Shown piece by piece: positions 36,910 through 47,145 of a stretch of DNA of 61,602 nt. The translations under genes and the position numbers were made by a program. Under the pieces are notes generated by a model. That model was not told where the DNA came from. It worked only from the letters and a program-made list of their open reading frames with translations, and made no database searches. Source of the DNA: a bacterium (GTDB lineage Bacteria > Muiribacteriota > UBA6191); NCBI GenBank assembly GCA_036339875.1, contig JAYZAC010000099.1, positions 1-61,602 of the forward strand, written 5' to 3'. Each line of letters begins with the position of its first letter. Position 1 is the stretch's first letter.

Positions 36910-37239
36910 TTAGTGTTTACCTTCCACAAACAGAGGATTGGAGCGAATCACCTCCAAAATCTTCTCTAAGTTGTCATCGTTAGCTACTTTATTTCTCTGG
37001 AGATGACCACAATCAATGCATTCGTGCACTAGAATCTGTGAATCACCTTTCATTATAACCTGAACAGGACGCATAATCGATTTACACGAATTTAAGCGAT
37101 CACCTGGATTAACATCTACATGCCTTGAACTCAAGCATAAAGGACAATGATTACGACAACTGCCCTTCAAAGGAGTAACATTATGAGAACAGACCAAACA
37201 TACAAAACTTTCATTACGATGAATGAATTTACGTGCCAT
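36910..37239 (-). CDS. RNHCP-domain zinc-binding protein
   Basis: FVCLVCSH...CRNHCPLCLSSRHVDVNPGDR...CIDCGH matches the RNHCP domain pattern. GAGGGA lies 7 nt upstream of the ATG at 37239. An alternative TTG at 37254 overlaps the protease stop. Confidence 0.8.
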   Translation of the reverse strand: MARKFIHRNESFVCLVCSHNVTPLKGSCRNHCPLCLSSRHVDVNPGDRLNSCKSIMRPVQVIMKGDSQILVHECIDCGHLQRNKVANDDNLEKILEVIRSNPLFVEGKH

Positions 37240-37250
37240 TTGATAATCCC

Positions 37251-38876
37251 TCAATCACTCTGACTATGGATATGTAAAAATTTCAATCGCTTGATAACTC
37301 TCAGATTCAAGTCTGAGAAGACCTCTGGTTCCCTTCCTACTAATTCAGACAAGTATTTAAGCCAGCGCCTTAAGACAATACTTTCATTGGATCCCAAATG
37401 ACGCTCTAAAAAATTCATATAGGATAATTCCAACTCAATCATTTTATCTCGGTAGTATTCATCTCTTGTATCATCAAACCTATTTGCAAAATGTCGGTAA
37501 TATTTAAACGTATCCTTGCCGCCATGACTAATTTTATCGGAAATGTAAGTTCTAGCAACTCTGACCGCATCCAAAAAGTTAACCTTCCCCCAACCGGTTT
37601 CTGAATCCCAACCTCGATCACCCATATCTTTAGCAGAGGATTCTAAAATTCGATAGACTTCCGAAAATCCAATAAATGGATCGATTTGCTTCAAAACCGC
37701 TATAAGACCGCTTGCAAGCGGTGCAGACATAGAAGTCCCGCTCATGCGTCCGTAAACTGGACCACTAATCCCCTTCTTCAAGGAAAGTAATCGATATCCG
37801 GGAAGCATAAAATCAGGCTTCCTTGATAATTGAGAACCAATCGAACTAAACGGAGCTCTTTGATTTTTTCTGGTGGCACCGATAGTTATTACTTGAAAAG
37901 AGTTTGCTGGGTAGGAAATAGTATTAGCCCCTTGCAAACCCTCATTACCTGCCGCAAAAACTGGAATTATCCCTAATTCACGCCACCTTGCCAGAGCTCG
38001 ATCAAAAAAATTCTTACTTATCGGTGCAGCCACTGGAAAACTCCAAGAATTATTAATTACATGAGGATAATCCAAGGTTTTCGGATCTCCATCTGGGTCC
38101 AACATCCATTGCATCGCTGCAAGTACTCTCGATGCAAACGTTTTCAAGCGCTTTTGAACTATACTCTTACCACCCTCTGCAGAGATTGGTTCAATAACTT
38201 TGGCCACAATCAACTTCGATTTCGGTGCGATACCAATCTGGCTACCAGAATAATTTCCACCGACCAGAAGACCTGCCACATGACTACCATGACCTAATTC
38301 GTCACGCATTTCATGAGATGGGGACTCTGTGAAGTCCTTATACGAAATAACCTTATTGTCAAATTCTTTATGCTTAAAAAGTCCTGTATCTATGATACCA
38401 ATTCGAATTCCTTGACCCAATAAATCCAACTCCTGAATTTCTGGTAAACCTAAATCTGAAAGTTCAGTACTATATTCTTTTTGACCCAATAAAATCTGAT
38501 CCACGAAAACTGGCTCATCTGACACTACTTCCGCCACAGCAGCAGATTTACGCAACTCATTTGCTAAATCAACTCTCATAATAAGTCTGGCACTATTAAT
38601 AAACCAGTATCTCTCATAGTGCTTTACTTTCGGACTTCCAACGGATCTCGGTCCAGACAACTTTCTTGGATCTTCATCAGCATCTAATTTCAGGATGGCT
38701 TCTAATTTTTTTAAATTCTGAAGACCTCTGTCACGAATAAAATTAAGCTCGTTAATCGAGGATGCACCAGCTGCACGAGGCGATTGATCAACCTTCATTC
38801 GAACTAAAAATGTTCCATACAGACCATTACTATGAACAATACATACAGTTAACAAGAAAACAAAAAATCGCGACAT
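37251..38876 (-). CDS. secreted subtilisin-like serine protease (peptidase S8) with a helical C-terminal extension
   Basis: Signal peptide. Catalytic triad motifs IGIIDTGL (Asp), GHGSHVAG (His) and SGTSMSAP (Ser). Confidence 0.9.
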   Translation of the reverse strand: MSRFFVFLLTVCIVHSNGLYGTFLVRMKVDQSPRAAGASSINELNFIRDRGLQNLKKLEAILKLDADEDPRKLSGPRSVGSPKVKHYERYWFINSARLIMRVDLANELRKSAAVAEVVSDEPVFVDQILLGQKEYSTELSDLGLPEIQELDLLGQGIRIGIIDTGLFKHKEFDNKVISYKDFTESPSHEMRDELGHGSHVAGLLVGGNYSGSQIGIAPKSKLIVAKVIEPISAEGGKSIVQKRLKTFASRVLAAMQWMLDPDGDPKTLDYPHVINNSWSFPVAAPISKNFFDRALARWRELGIIPVFAAGNEGLQGANTISYPANSFQVITIGATRKNQRAPFSSIGSQLSRKPDFMLPGYRLLSLKKGISGPVYGRMSGTSMSAPLASGLIAVLKQIDPFIGFSEVYRILESSAKDMGDRGWDSETGWGKVNFLDAVRVARTYISDKISHGGKDTFKYYRHFANRFDDTRDEYYRDKMIELELSYMNFLERHLGSNESIVLRRWLKYLSELVGREPEVFSDLNLRVIKRLKFLHIHSQSD

Positions 38877-38949
38877 GATACCAATATAATCTACGCTAAT
38901 CAGACATATTTAGTTGCGAATAATTCAAGGATTAATAGAATTTAACAGA

Positions 38950-39438
38950 CTAAAACTTAATGTTATTTGCTGAATTAGAAACCATACTAGAAGGATCTTT
39001 GCGTAATTTTATGATTGATGAACGGTAGCGATCCACTAAATCATATTTTTTGACGTATTGAATCGTCCGATATTTGATAAATGAATATTTATCTTGTAAG
39101 AGTTGCTCAATAAGATTTGGAGGTATCTCACTGGGAGGATTCTTGAGACAGCCTTTCATCAAAGATTGTCTGAAATTAATATTTCCTGCACTCATGATTT
39201 TCGGTATCCAAGGATCATGCTTATTACATTGTAATTCAAAAGCTTTCTCCAAAGCAGCTGATCGTTGATACCAGTTCCATTCGTCATCTACTACAATACT
39301 TAAAAGTGATTGCCTCTCTTTGAACTCATACATTTTTTGTATTTTGGCATCAATTATTACAAATTGATCAATCCCGTAAACTACAAGAGCTACAAAACCA
39401 AGAAAAATCCACGGAAGAAGCAGGTTCAATCTATACAA
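38950..39438 (-). CDS. hypothetical membrane-anchored protein
   Basis: TTG start with AGGA upstream. One N-terminal TM segment. No motif recognised. Confidence 0.5.
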   Translation of the reverse strand: MYRLNLLLPWIFLGFVALVVYGIDQFVIIDAKIQKMYEFKERQSLLSIVVDDEWNWYQRSAALEKAFELQCNKHDPWIPKIMSAGNINFRQSLMKGCLKNPPSEIPPNLIEQLLQDKYSFIKYRTIQYVKKYDLVDRYRSSIIKLRKDPSSMVSNSANNIKF

Positions 39439-39466
39439 AAAAAATCCTTATTGATACACTTTTGTC

Positions 39467-40423
39467 ATGCTTAGACCATCGCCAATATTTCTTCTCACTT
39501 TGATACTAATTTTTATAAACAAAAGCCATAGTCAATGTCATTTCCTATTAAAGGAATCTTATGAAACGAAACCTGGCAGTATCCGACTTAGCGATTTGGG
39601 CCATCTAAGTTGCATACAATCTTCTGAGCGAGAGACAATTCAGAATATATTAGATTCCATTGGACTAGGTAGTTTATTCCCAGGACAGCCACAAAAACAA
39701 TTCGAAAAAAAATATTTAATGCGGAAATGGAATCAGTTTGGCAGAGGTATTTCACTATATTTCACAGGTCCAAAATCTATAAATATTAAAATGCAGAGCG
39801 CCACCTCTATCGATATTAATCTAAAGAAGAATGTTCGTGAAAGAATCCTTGGGCAACTACCTGAGGGAAATTATCGAATAGAATTCCAGAACTTTCCGCA
39901 AGTCGGCCAATTACCCGCAGAGGATTTAGATTTCGAATATGAAACCAACAGAGCATCGAGGGGTTTAATTAAACTCAAAATTAGACATCAGGGACGCCTG
40001 CTGAGACTCTTGAGTATCCAATATAGAATATTAGTAAAGAAAACTGTTTTTCTCGCCAAAGAAGCGCTCATGAGAGGGCAAAATCTAGACCCACATAAAT
40101 TAAGTCTTAGTGAGCAATGGATAGAACAAAGTATTGATGCCCTTCCTACAAGCTATTTCAGTGATCTCGTAAATTTAAGCTTAAGACGCAATGTTACATC
40201 AGGTGGAATCCTTCGTCAGCGTGATATCAAACTTAAAACACTTATTCGAATGCAACAAAAGCTAAAAGGACTTGCCCAACAAGGGGGAGTACGAATTGAG
40301 CTCCAAGTAGTTGCCAAGCAGAATGGAAGAAAAGGTGACCACATTCAAGTCGAGTCCGTCGACACGAAGAGAAAATTTACTGCAAAAGTACTGGATGCTG
40401 GAAAAGTAAAAATATTATTCTAA
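39467..40423 (+). CDS. flgA: FlgA-like protein (SAF domain; flagellar P-ring assembly chaperone family)
   Basis: Signal peptide. The C-terminus GGVRIELQVVAKQNGRKGDHIQVESVDTKRKFTAKVLDAGKVKI, preceded by a SAF-like segment, fits the FlgA pattern. No other flagellar genes lie nearby. Confidence 0.55.
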   Translation: MLRPSPIFLLTLILIFINKSHSQCHFLLKESYETKPGSIRLSDLGHLSCIQSSERETIQNILDSIGLGSLFPGQPQKQFEKKYLMRKWNQFGRGISLYFTGPKSINIKMQSATSIDINLKKNVRERILGQLPEGNYRIEFQNFPQVGQLPAEDLDFEYETNRASRGLIKLKIRHQGRLLRLLSIQYRILVKKTVFLAKEALMRGQNLDPHKLSLSEQWIEQSIDALPTSYFSDLVNLSLRRNVTSGGILRQRDIKLKTLIRMQQKLKGLAQQGGVRIELQVVAKQNGRKGDHIQVESVDTKRKFTAKVLDAGKVKILF

Positions 40424-42369
40424 CGAATTGGCTCAACTTGTACTTCAGAAGCCAAAACAGGAGCAATACCGTACTTTCCATCCGCTAAATCACTCTGAAT
40501 AATTCCATCTCCATCGCTATCTCGTACATCATCGATTTTCTCACCGGTGAAATCTGTTTCACTCAATTGTAAAGAATAATTTTTCATTACACCTTCAAAA
40601 TAAGCCAACATAAAAGCAAAAGTGCGGAGATCGCCTGTAGCTAAAGTCATTTCTCGTAAAGCCCCCATGGTCGCCCCAAAATTCATTGGATTTATTTTCA
40701 AAACATCAGACTCTTCACTGGTCTTAAAGGTGTTAAGTCCCTCATCCCACATTTTGTTAACCATAAAATCATATGCTCTGGTACTAGCACGATAAAAACG
40801 CTCCTCTCGAGTAACCTTGAAGGCCTCGAGAAAAGCCAAAACCATTTGAGCCTGATCTTCTAGGTTTCGGTTCAAGAAATCTCCCTGCATTGATCTAATC
40901 TCAAAACTTGTTCCAAGTCCGCCATCTATGGCTTGCATATGCCGTACCATATACTGCCCTATAGCGTAGATTAAATTTCCAGTAACATTGCGAATTTCTG
41001 AATCATCGAAAAAATACTTAAAGGCCTTACCCAACCCTTGCATAACTAAAGCGACATCTTTGGTCTTGATTTTTCTTATTGGCTTTACCAGAGTAGCCGT
41101 AGAATAAAGAGCTCCAGAATTTCGATCAAAATGCATTAATTCAAGATTCTTTAAGACAATTTGAACCAGTTCTTTACAGAGGTGACGAGAATTGTAGGAA
41201 AACGGGAATTCTTCAGAGTCATCCGGACCATCTCCAAAAACTTTTCTTAAAGACAGTCTATGAGGATCACTCATTCCATAAAATTCACTTAATCCAATAA
41301 GGAGAGCACCAAGATCACGAGCATGAGATAAACGCTCTTTCACATAATAACTCGTGGGGGCACCGTCTTTCTCATCAAATTCGACCATGAGTGTATTTGG
41401 TATATATAATAACTGTTTAGTATCATAATAATCCGCCGGGAAACTACGAAATTTAGCACCATCAAAACCTAAGCCATATCTAAGCCAAAGCATAGTATTA
41501 ATCATTTCATAAATTAAGACTTGTGCTTTATAACCGGCTCTAGGAGTGACGCCTACGCCTTTACCATGCTCAGCTTTCAAGTAGTTTCCCGCTAGCTGAG
41601 CTTTTGCAAAAATTCCAAAACCTAGATCTTCAGTACGAATATTTTTATTCATTTTATCGTCTGACCAATGCGTACCATTACCAGCAGAGAAGTCTGGTTT
41701 TTCAATATAATGAGGATCACCAGAAACATACTCCGCATATATTGGAGCAATGTTTTCACTTCCATCATATCCAGAGGCTTTCTTAAATAATTCCAATCTT
41801 TTCTCGAGATATGATGACGGATCAATTTTAGAATTGCGGGCTTTCAAATGAACCATTGGTGCATGTTTCATTGCTAAACCCATCTTACTGTGCAAGGCTA
41901 AACTTTCAACATTGTAACGACCAATTCCAAATACTTCGCGAACTAAAATTTCTTCAAGATTTTTATTATATGCTATACCAGCAGTATCCAATTTTCTGGC
42001 AAACTCTTGACCAGATTTTATAAGTTGACCAGCTGCAAAATAGGAAGATCCACTGAAAGTTCGAAAATGGATAGATTTAAGTATTTCAAGCTGTCTTTCT
42101 ACAATTCGACCCTCAGCAGTAGGCCTTTGAAAGGATAAATCGGGAGCAACCGGTGGTTGCTTTTCATAACTTGGATCCCCATAAATAGCGTTCCCGAAAG
42201 AGTATCCATTCTTCTGATAATAATGACCCAGAAAATTTCTAGGTCCACCTCTGTCAGAAAAATGACAATAGATACAAGCCTTTTTCTCTTGTCTTGCATA
42301 TTCTACAGTAGCCTGCAAAGCTGGTACTAATAAACTACTAATTATTGTTAGGATTGAGATGCGTTTCAT
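40420..42369 (-). CDS. secreted protein with an N-terminal CxxCH haem-c motif and a six-hairpin (alpha/alpha-barrel)-like body
   Basis: Starting at the Met at 42369 gives the signal peptide MKRISILTIISSLLVPALQA and removes the overlap with moeA. CIYCH lies at 42262-42276. Later DQAQMVLAFLEAFKVTREERFY resembles AGE- or YyaL-type barrels. The C-terminus carries DSDGDGIIQSD. Confidence 0.7.
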   Translation of the reverse strand: MKRISILTIISSLLVPALQATVEYARQEKKACIYCHFSDRGGPRNFLGHYYQKNGYSFGNAIYGDPSYEKQPPVAPDLSFQRPTAEGRIVERQLEILKSIHFRTFSGSSYFAAGQLIKSGQEFARKLDTAGIAYNKNLEEILVREVFGIGRYNVESLALHSKMGLAMKHAPMVHLKARNSKIDPSSYLEKRLELFKKASGYDGSENIAPIYAEYVSGDPHYIEKPDFSAGNGTHWSDDKMNKNIRTEDLGFGIFAKAQLAGNYLKAEHGKGVGVTPRAGYKAQVLIYEMINTMLWLRYGLGFDGAKFRSFPADYYDTKQLLYIPNTLMVEFDEKDGAPTSYYVKERLSHARDLGALLIGLSEFYGMSDPHRLSLRKVFGDGPDDSEEFPFSYNSRHLCKELVQIVLKNLELMHFDRNSGALYSTATLVKPIRKIKTKDVALVMQGLGKAFKYFFDDSEIRNVTGNLIYAIGQYMVRHMQAIDGGLGTSFEIRSMQGDFLNRNLEDQAQMVLAFLEAFKVTREERFYRASTRAYDFMVNKMWDEGLNTFKTSEESDVLKINPMNFGATMGALREMTLATGDLRTFAFMLAYFEGVMKNYSLQLSETDFTGEKIDDVRDSDGDGIIQSDLADGKYGIAPVLASEVQVEPIR

Positions 42370-42377
42370 AACATTCC

Positions 42378-43592
42378 TCAGTTCCAGGTTCCCCATCTTG
42401 TAATGGGAATTACCTCTACAGTTTCACCTTTTCTAAATACTGACTGACCTATCGGCAGTAACGCGAGACAGTTAGATCGAGCAAGAGACCCTAAAGCTCC
42501 TGATGATTGATTCAAATTGGTATCAACTACGTTTCTATTATCTTCTACGCGTAATATTCCTCTCAGGTACATATCAAATTTAGACGATTTAGTATGATCT
42601 TTAATTAATGTCGCAATTATTCTTTTAGACTCTCTTTTCCAACCACTCAGAGCAGCCAAAGCATGGGAGATAAAAAGCGTACATGCAACAAATGTGCTCA
42701 CCGGATTACCTGGAACACCAAAAATTGCTTGATTCTCTCTTGTGGCAAAAATCAATGGTTTTCCAGGTCTTACTGCTACTCTTTCGAAATGTATTGTATA
42801 TCCCAAACTCTCTAAAACATTGCGAGTATGATCATATTTTCCTACACTCGCACCTCCTGAGATCAAGAAAAGATCGTGATCCTGAGCATGCGATAATTTT
42901 GATTTTAATTGATCAAGGTCATCAGTTACATATCCATAATCACTTAAACTATTACAAAATGGAGATAGGTAAGACTCAAAAAGCTCTCCGTTACAAGATC
43001 TAATTTGTCCATCACCTACTAGCTCTCCTTGAAATCTCAATTCATCACCAGTCATAACATAACCAATGCTAGGTTTACTAATTACGGGCACTTCGTAAAT
43101 ACCTTGAGATATCAAGCAAGCAATCTGTGCTGGACCCAATAGTAAACCAGTTTCAAATAAGCATTCGCCACTAAGTAGATCCTCACCCCGATGCCTTATA
43201 AAGTCTCCGAATTCGGCATCTGCCCTAAATTTTACCTGTGTCTCATCTTCTGAGACTTCCGCGTCCTCTTGCTTGATGATGCAGTCAGCACCTTCAGGAA
43301 TATTGGCGCCAGTGAATATTCTAGCGGCATTACCGATTGGTAAGACTTTATTCTCTAGTGAACCAGCGGCTAACTCCATCAGAATCGGGAGAGATCTCGG
43401 TAAATTTTCTAAATCGGATTTATGTACTGCATATCCGTCCATAGCCGAATTACTGAAAGCTGGAAAGTCCTCTTGAACAAATATATCAGTCGCCAAGGCA
43501 TGATTAGTCGCCTCGCGTGTAGGCAAGGTAATCAATGGACATGATTTTAATTTATCAGATATAAGAAAACGCGCATCATCAAGAGACAGCAT
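42378..43592 (-). CDS. moeA: molybdopterin molybdenumtransferase
   Basis: FSNSAMDGYAV and the full-length MoeA pattern. GGAGG lies 8 nt upstream of the ATG at 43592 (the ORF-track start at 43631 is less likely). Confidence 0.88.
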   Translation of the reverse strand: MLSLDDARFLISDKLKSCPLITLPTREATNHALATDIFVQEDFPAFSNSAMDGYAVHKSDLENLPRSLPILMELAAGSLENKVLPIGNAARIFTGANIPEGADCIIKQEDAEVSEDETQVKFRADAEFGDFIRHRGEDLLSGECLFETGLLLGPAQIACLISQGIYEVPVISKPSIGYVMTGDELRFQGELVGDGQIRSCNGELFESYLSPFCNSLSDYGYVTDDLDQLKSKLSHAQDHDLFLISGGASVGKYDHTRNVLESLGYTIHFERVAVRPGKPLIFATRENQAIFGVPGNPVSTFVACTLFISHALAALSGWKRESKRIIATLIKDHTKSSKFDMYLRGILRVEDNRNVVDTNLNQSSGALGSLARSNCLALLPIGQSVFRKGETVEVIPITRWGTWN

Positions 43593-43742
43593 AAAATAAG
43601 CCTCCGTCTTTGCTTTCGAATACTTACCCAATACTTGATTAGCTTTTTTATGATAATTTTTTAAGAAAAAAAAATAGACTCATACTAAATGAGCCTAAAA
43701 TTCTTCAACATTCTAAAAAATTATCTAAATTACTTCATTCGC

Positions 43743-44993
43743 TTAATCTCTAACGCTGTGTCCTAATACACTTTTATCTACTGGCATCAATTCTTCGAGT
43801 GGGCCATTATCAGATTCATCTTGAGTAACCAACAATTGCGTTTGCTGAACCTCTACTGCCGGTTGATAGGGAATTGGCTTGAAATCAGCTTTGACATTAT
43901 TCACGTCAAAGATTATACCTAACTCAGGTAACTTATCAATTCCCAACTTAATATTAGTTGCCGAACTAAAACTAGCTGTACGGAATCCCCATGCAGAGAT
44001 TAATTCTACGATCTTACTAATGTTGTACTCTGCTTTTAAGTCCGAATTCTCATTAATTGCTTTTGCACACTCTCCACTTGTTAGATGCTTTACAAGGGCT
44101 GCGCCATTCTTAGATCCTACTGATCCTGAACACTTTGAACGAATCAGTTCAACGCCACTGAGTTCTGTACTAATTTCCGAACCCTCCTCATCTACTTCTA
44201 AATTATTATTTTTATTGTCAGATTTGGAATCAGCACCAGAGTTCCCATCAACCTCCGCATCAGCTAAATTTGAAGTATTAGATTTATCAGCGTCAGTTAA
44301 GCCTTGTTCTTTATCAAAGACCTTCAGTTTTTCGAGGAAGTCATTGTATGAGTCACCGACCCAACTGGTCCATGCATTCTTGGCCATCCTATCAAGCGAT
44401 TGGTAAACCTCGTCTAACTCTTTCTCCGTATCTGGGCGAGGGCTATCAGAACTAAAATAGTGGTCTGGAACCTTCTGCAGAGTTCTTCCGATTCTTTTCA
44501 ATCTTTGCATCTTCATATCAAATTCATTTTTTTTATCAGAGTCCGAGATCTGGGAGCGTTTGCTACCAGTTTTTTTAACTAAAGTTTTCAATTCTTCATA
44601 TTCTTTTAACAGCTTATTAACCTCTTTATAACCATCAAATGTTTCATCAGACTTTACTGACTCATCTACAGGTTTCGATGCAGAATCTAAAACATTAGAA
44701 GCTGATAATCCGCCATCTTTCCCAATAACCGAAAGTTGTGGAATACCAAGTTTTTTAGGCTGATCTGAAGACTGCCCTAGTCCTGCAAAACTCTCATCTA
44801 TGTCGCTGCTAATTTGACGCAGTTGTAGATTGTGATCTGCCTTCATAGTATTAATTTGACGAATTTTATTATTACTGACACCCCCGAGGTCCTGCGCTGA
44901 GTTCTCGGCATAACAAATGTATGACGTAGAACATATCGATAAAGCGAATAGAATGAGATTCTTTATTAGTCTAAGTATTGATCTAATAATCAT
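43743..44993 (-). CDS. hypothetical secreted protein
   Basis: It has a signal peptide. The central region is rich in S, D, K and N, and no motif is recognised. Confidence 0.6.
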   Translation of the reverse strand: MIIRSILRLIKNLILFALSICSTSYICYAENSAQDLGGVSNNKIRQINTMKADHNLQLRQISSDIDESFAGLGQSSDQPKKLGIPQLSVIGKDGGLSASNVLDSASKPVDESVKSDETFDGYKEVNKLLKEYEELKTLVKKTGSKRSQISDSDKKNEFDMKMQRLKRIGRTLQKVPDHYFSSDSPRPDTEKELDEVYQSLDRMAKNAWTSWVGDSYNDFLEKLKVFDKEQGLTDADKSNTSNLADAEVDGNSGADSKSDNKNNNLEVDEEGSEISTELSGVELIRSKCSGSVGSKNGAALVKHLTSGECAKAINENSDLKAEYNISKIVELISAWGFRTASFSSATNIKLGIDKLPELGIIFDVNNVKADFKPIPYQPAVEVQQTQLLVTQDESDNGPLEELMPVDKSVLGHSVRD

Positions 44994-45137
44994 TATTACC
45001 CCTTATTCCTGAGAGTCGTAAAATTGACAACACAAAATACAAACTTAAGGATTTGTTATTTTAATCTTAAAATACTTGTGAAAGTCGTCAAGTCTCTACT
45101 AGGAGAATGTTTTACTACTTCGAATTCACTGAACCTT

Positions 45138-45872
45138 TTATACAATCTGCCAATTGACTGGTTCCAAACCACAGTTTGTCAGATATTCATTAGAACGGGA
45201 GAAAGGTTTAGACCCGAAAAAACCATTGTAAGCTGACAATGGAGATGGATGAGCTGACTTGATAATACAATGATCTCCAAATATTACAGATTCTTTGCGC
45301 TGTGCATCTCGACCCCAAAGGATAAATACCAAATGATCTCGTTTCTGACTTAAAGTTTGAATCACAGCATTTGTAAAGTTTTCCCAGCCTTGTTTTCGGT
45401 GAGATCCTGCTTGCCCCGGACTGACTGTGAGAACTGTATTAAGTAAAAATACTCCCTGACGCGCCCATGCACTTAAATTGCCATGAATGGGCCTATCATA
45501 TCCGAGGTCATCCTTAAGCTCCTTAAAGATATTAACCAAGGAAGGAGGTGGCTTTGTTGGCTCCTGAACCGAAAAACACAAACCGTGAGCTTGATTAGGT
45601 CCATGATATGGATCTTGCCCTAAAATAACTACTTTAACACTATGAAAAGGTGTCAAACGGAAAGCCTCAAAAATCTTCGAGCCCGCTGGATAAAATCTTT
45701 TACCAAGTTGTTTTTGCTTCGTAAGAAATTCTTTCAACTCGAAAAAATAATCTTTCTGAAACTCATCACTCAATTCTTTCTTCCAACTGGCTTCGATTTT
45801 CGGATTAATATTCAAGATACCTTTCCTTGAAGCCAGATATTTTTTGAATTCTTTGCACTGTAATGATGGCAT
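45138..45872 (-). CDS. ung: uracil-DNA glycosylase (family 1)
   Basis: VVILGQDPYHGPNQAHGLCFSV and HPSPLSA motifs. The start overlaps the ruvC 3' end by 61 nt. Confidence 0.92.
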   Translation of the reverse strand: MPSLQCKEFKKYLASRKGILNINPKIEASWKKELSDEFQKDYFFELKEFLTKQKQLGKRFYPAGSKIFEAFRLTPFHSVKVVILGQDPYHGPNQAHGLCFSVQEPTKPPPSLVNIFKELKDDLGYDRPIHGNLSAWARQGVFLLNTVLTVSPGQAGSHRKQGWENFTNAVIQTLSQKRDHLVFILWGRDAQRKESVIFGDHCIIKSAHPSPLSAYNGFFGSKPFSRSNEYLTNCGLEPVNWQIV

Positions 45873-46321
45873 ATTGCTAAAGCTAGTCCGTCAGCCGCAT
45901 CATCTGGCTTTGGACGCTTTTCCAGACCCAGAGTATTGGCTACCATATATTGCATCTGATGCTTCTCAGCATGCCCATAACCTAATATGCGAGATTTTAC
46001 CTGTACGGGAGCATATTCCTCAAAAGGCACTTCATTTTGCTCTATTGCCAAAAGAATAATACCTCGGGCTTGAGCAACTTGAATTCCAGTACTAACGTTT
46101 TGCTTGAAGTATAATTTTTCAACGGAAGCCTGATCAGGCTCATATCGACGGATTAACTCCTGCATATCATCGTAAATAATTCTCAGACGAGCACCCATCG
46201 ATAAATTAGAGGCAGTTCGTATACATCCGTAGCTAATACATTCTAAATCTCTTGGACCATGAGCATCAATTACCCCATAACCTACCGTTGCGAGGCCGGG
46301 ATCAATACCTAATATTCTCAC
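45812..46321 (-). CDS. ruvC: crossover junction endodeoxyribonuclease
   Basis: MRILGIDPGLATVGYGVI...DAADGLALAICH. It overlaps the yebC-family stop by 4 nt. Confidence 0.92.
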   Translation of the reverse strand: MRILGIDPGLATVGYGVIDAHGPRDLECISYGCIRTASNLSMGARLRIIYDDMQELIRRYEPDQASVEKLYFKQNVSTGIQVAQARGIILLAIEQNEVPFEEYAPVQVKSRILGYGHAEKHQMQYMVANTLGLEKRPKPDDAADGLALAICHHYSAKNSKNIWLQGKVS

Positions 46322-47076
46322 AATTTATCCATAGCAGCTTCCATATCATCCTGAGACGCTTCAAATGAAGAAAACACCTCTTGTACATCGTCATTATCCT
46401 CAAGGGCAGAAAGCATCTTGATCATTTTGGTAACGTCATCGCCTTCTAAATTTACTTTTAATTTAGGTTTGTATACGACTCCCGCCTCTAACGCATCAAC
46501 TTCTTTCTGCATGAAATAATCTTGGACTAGCTGAAAATTTTCAGGTTGACAAACAACTTCGTAAGATTCTTCATCCCCCAATAACAAATCGTCTGCTCCA
46601 GACTCCAAAACGTGCTCCATAAAGTCATCTTCACTACCCAAATCACGGGCAAAAAGAAACTGACCAATTCGTTCAAAATTGTAGGCAACTGAACCAGGAG
46701 AACCAAGAGATCCACCATGTTTAGAGAAAATATGACGTACATCGGCAGCGGTACGATTTTTATTATCTGTCAATACCTCAACTATAATACCAACTCCATT
46801 GGGACCATAACCTTCATAAGTACCCTCTGTATATTCGGCACCCTCCAACTCTCCGGCACCTCGCTTTATTGCTTTATTAAGAGTATCGTTTGGCATGTTT
46901 GAGGATTTTGCTTTTTGAATCGCTGTTCTAAGTCTAGGATTCATCTCAGGGTCTGAACCGCCCATCTTAGAAGCTACCACCAATTCTCTAATAATTTTGG
47001 TGAACACCTTGGATCTTGCTTTATCTGCGGCTCCTTTACGATGTTTAATTGAACTCCACTTGTTGTGTCCTGCCAT
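46318..47076 (-). CDS. YebC/PmpR-family DNA-binding transcriptional regulator
   Basis: MAGHNKWSSIKHRKGAADKARSKVFTK. AGGA lies 7 nt upstream of the ATG at 47076 (the ORF-track TTG is at 47082). Confidence 0.9.
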   Translation of the reverse strand: MAGHNKWSSIKHRKGAADKARSKVFTKIIRELVVASKMGGSDPEMNPRLRTAIQKAKSSNMPNDTLNKAIKRGAGELEGAEYTEGTYEGYGPNGVGIIVEVLTDNKNRTAADVRHIFSKHGGSLGSPGSVAYNFERIGQFLFARDLGSEDDFMEHVLESGADDLLLGDEESYEVVCQPENFQLVQDYFMQKEVDALEAGVVYKPKLKVNLEGDDVTKMIKMLSALEDNDDVQEVFSSFEASQDDMEAAMDKL

Positions 47077-47145
47077 ATTCAAGTCCTCTCACTTGTTTTG
47101 CATTAATTTAGTCCAATTTTAAAATAATGAATTCTACTCTTGGAC

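Noticed and set aside
45024-45236. The 70-aa plus-strand ORF overlapping the 3' end of ung.
   Set aside because: It overlaps a strongly supported gene on the opposite strand, and it has no RBS and an odd composition.
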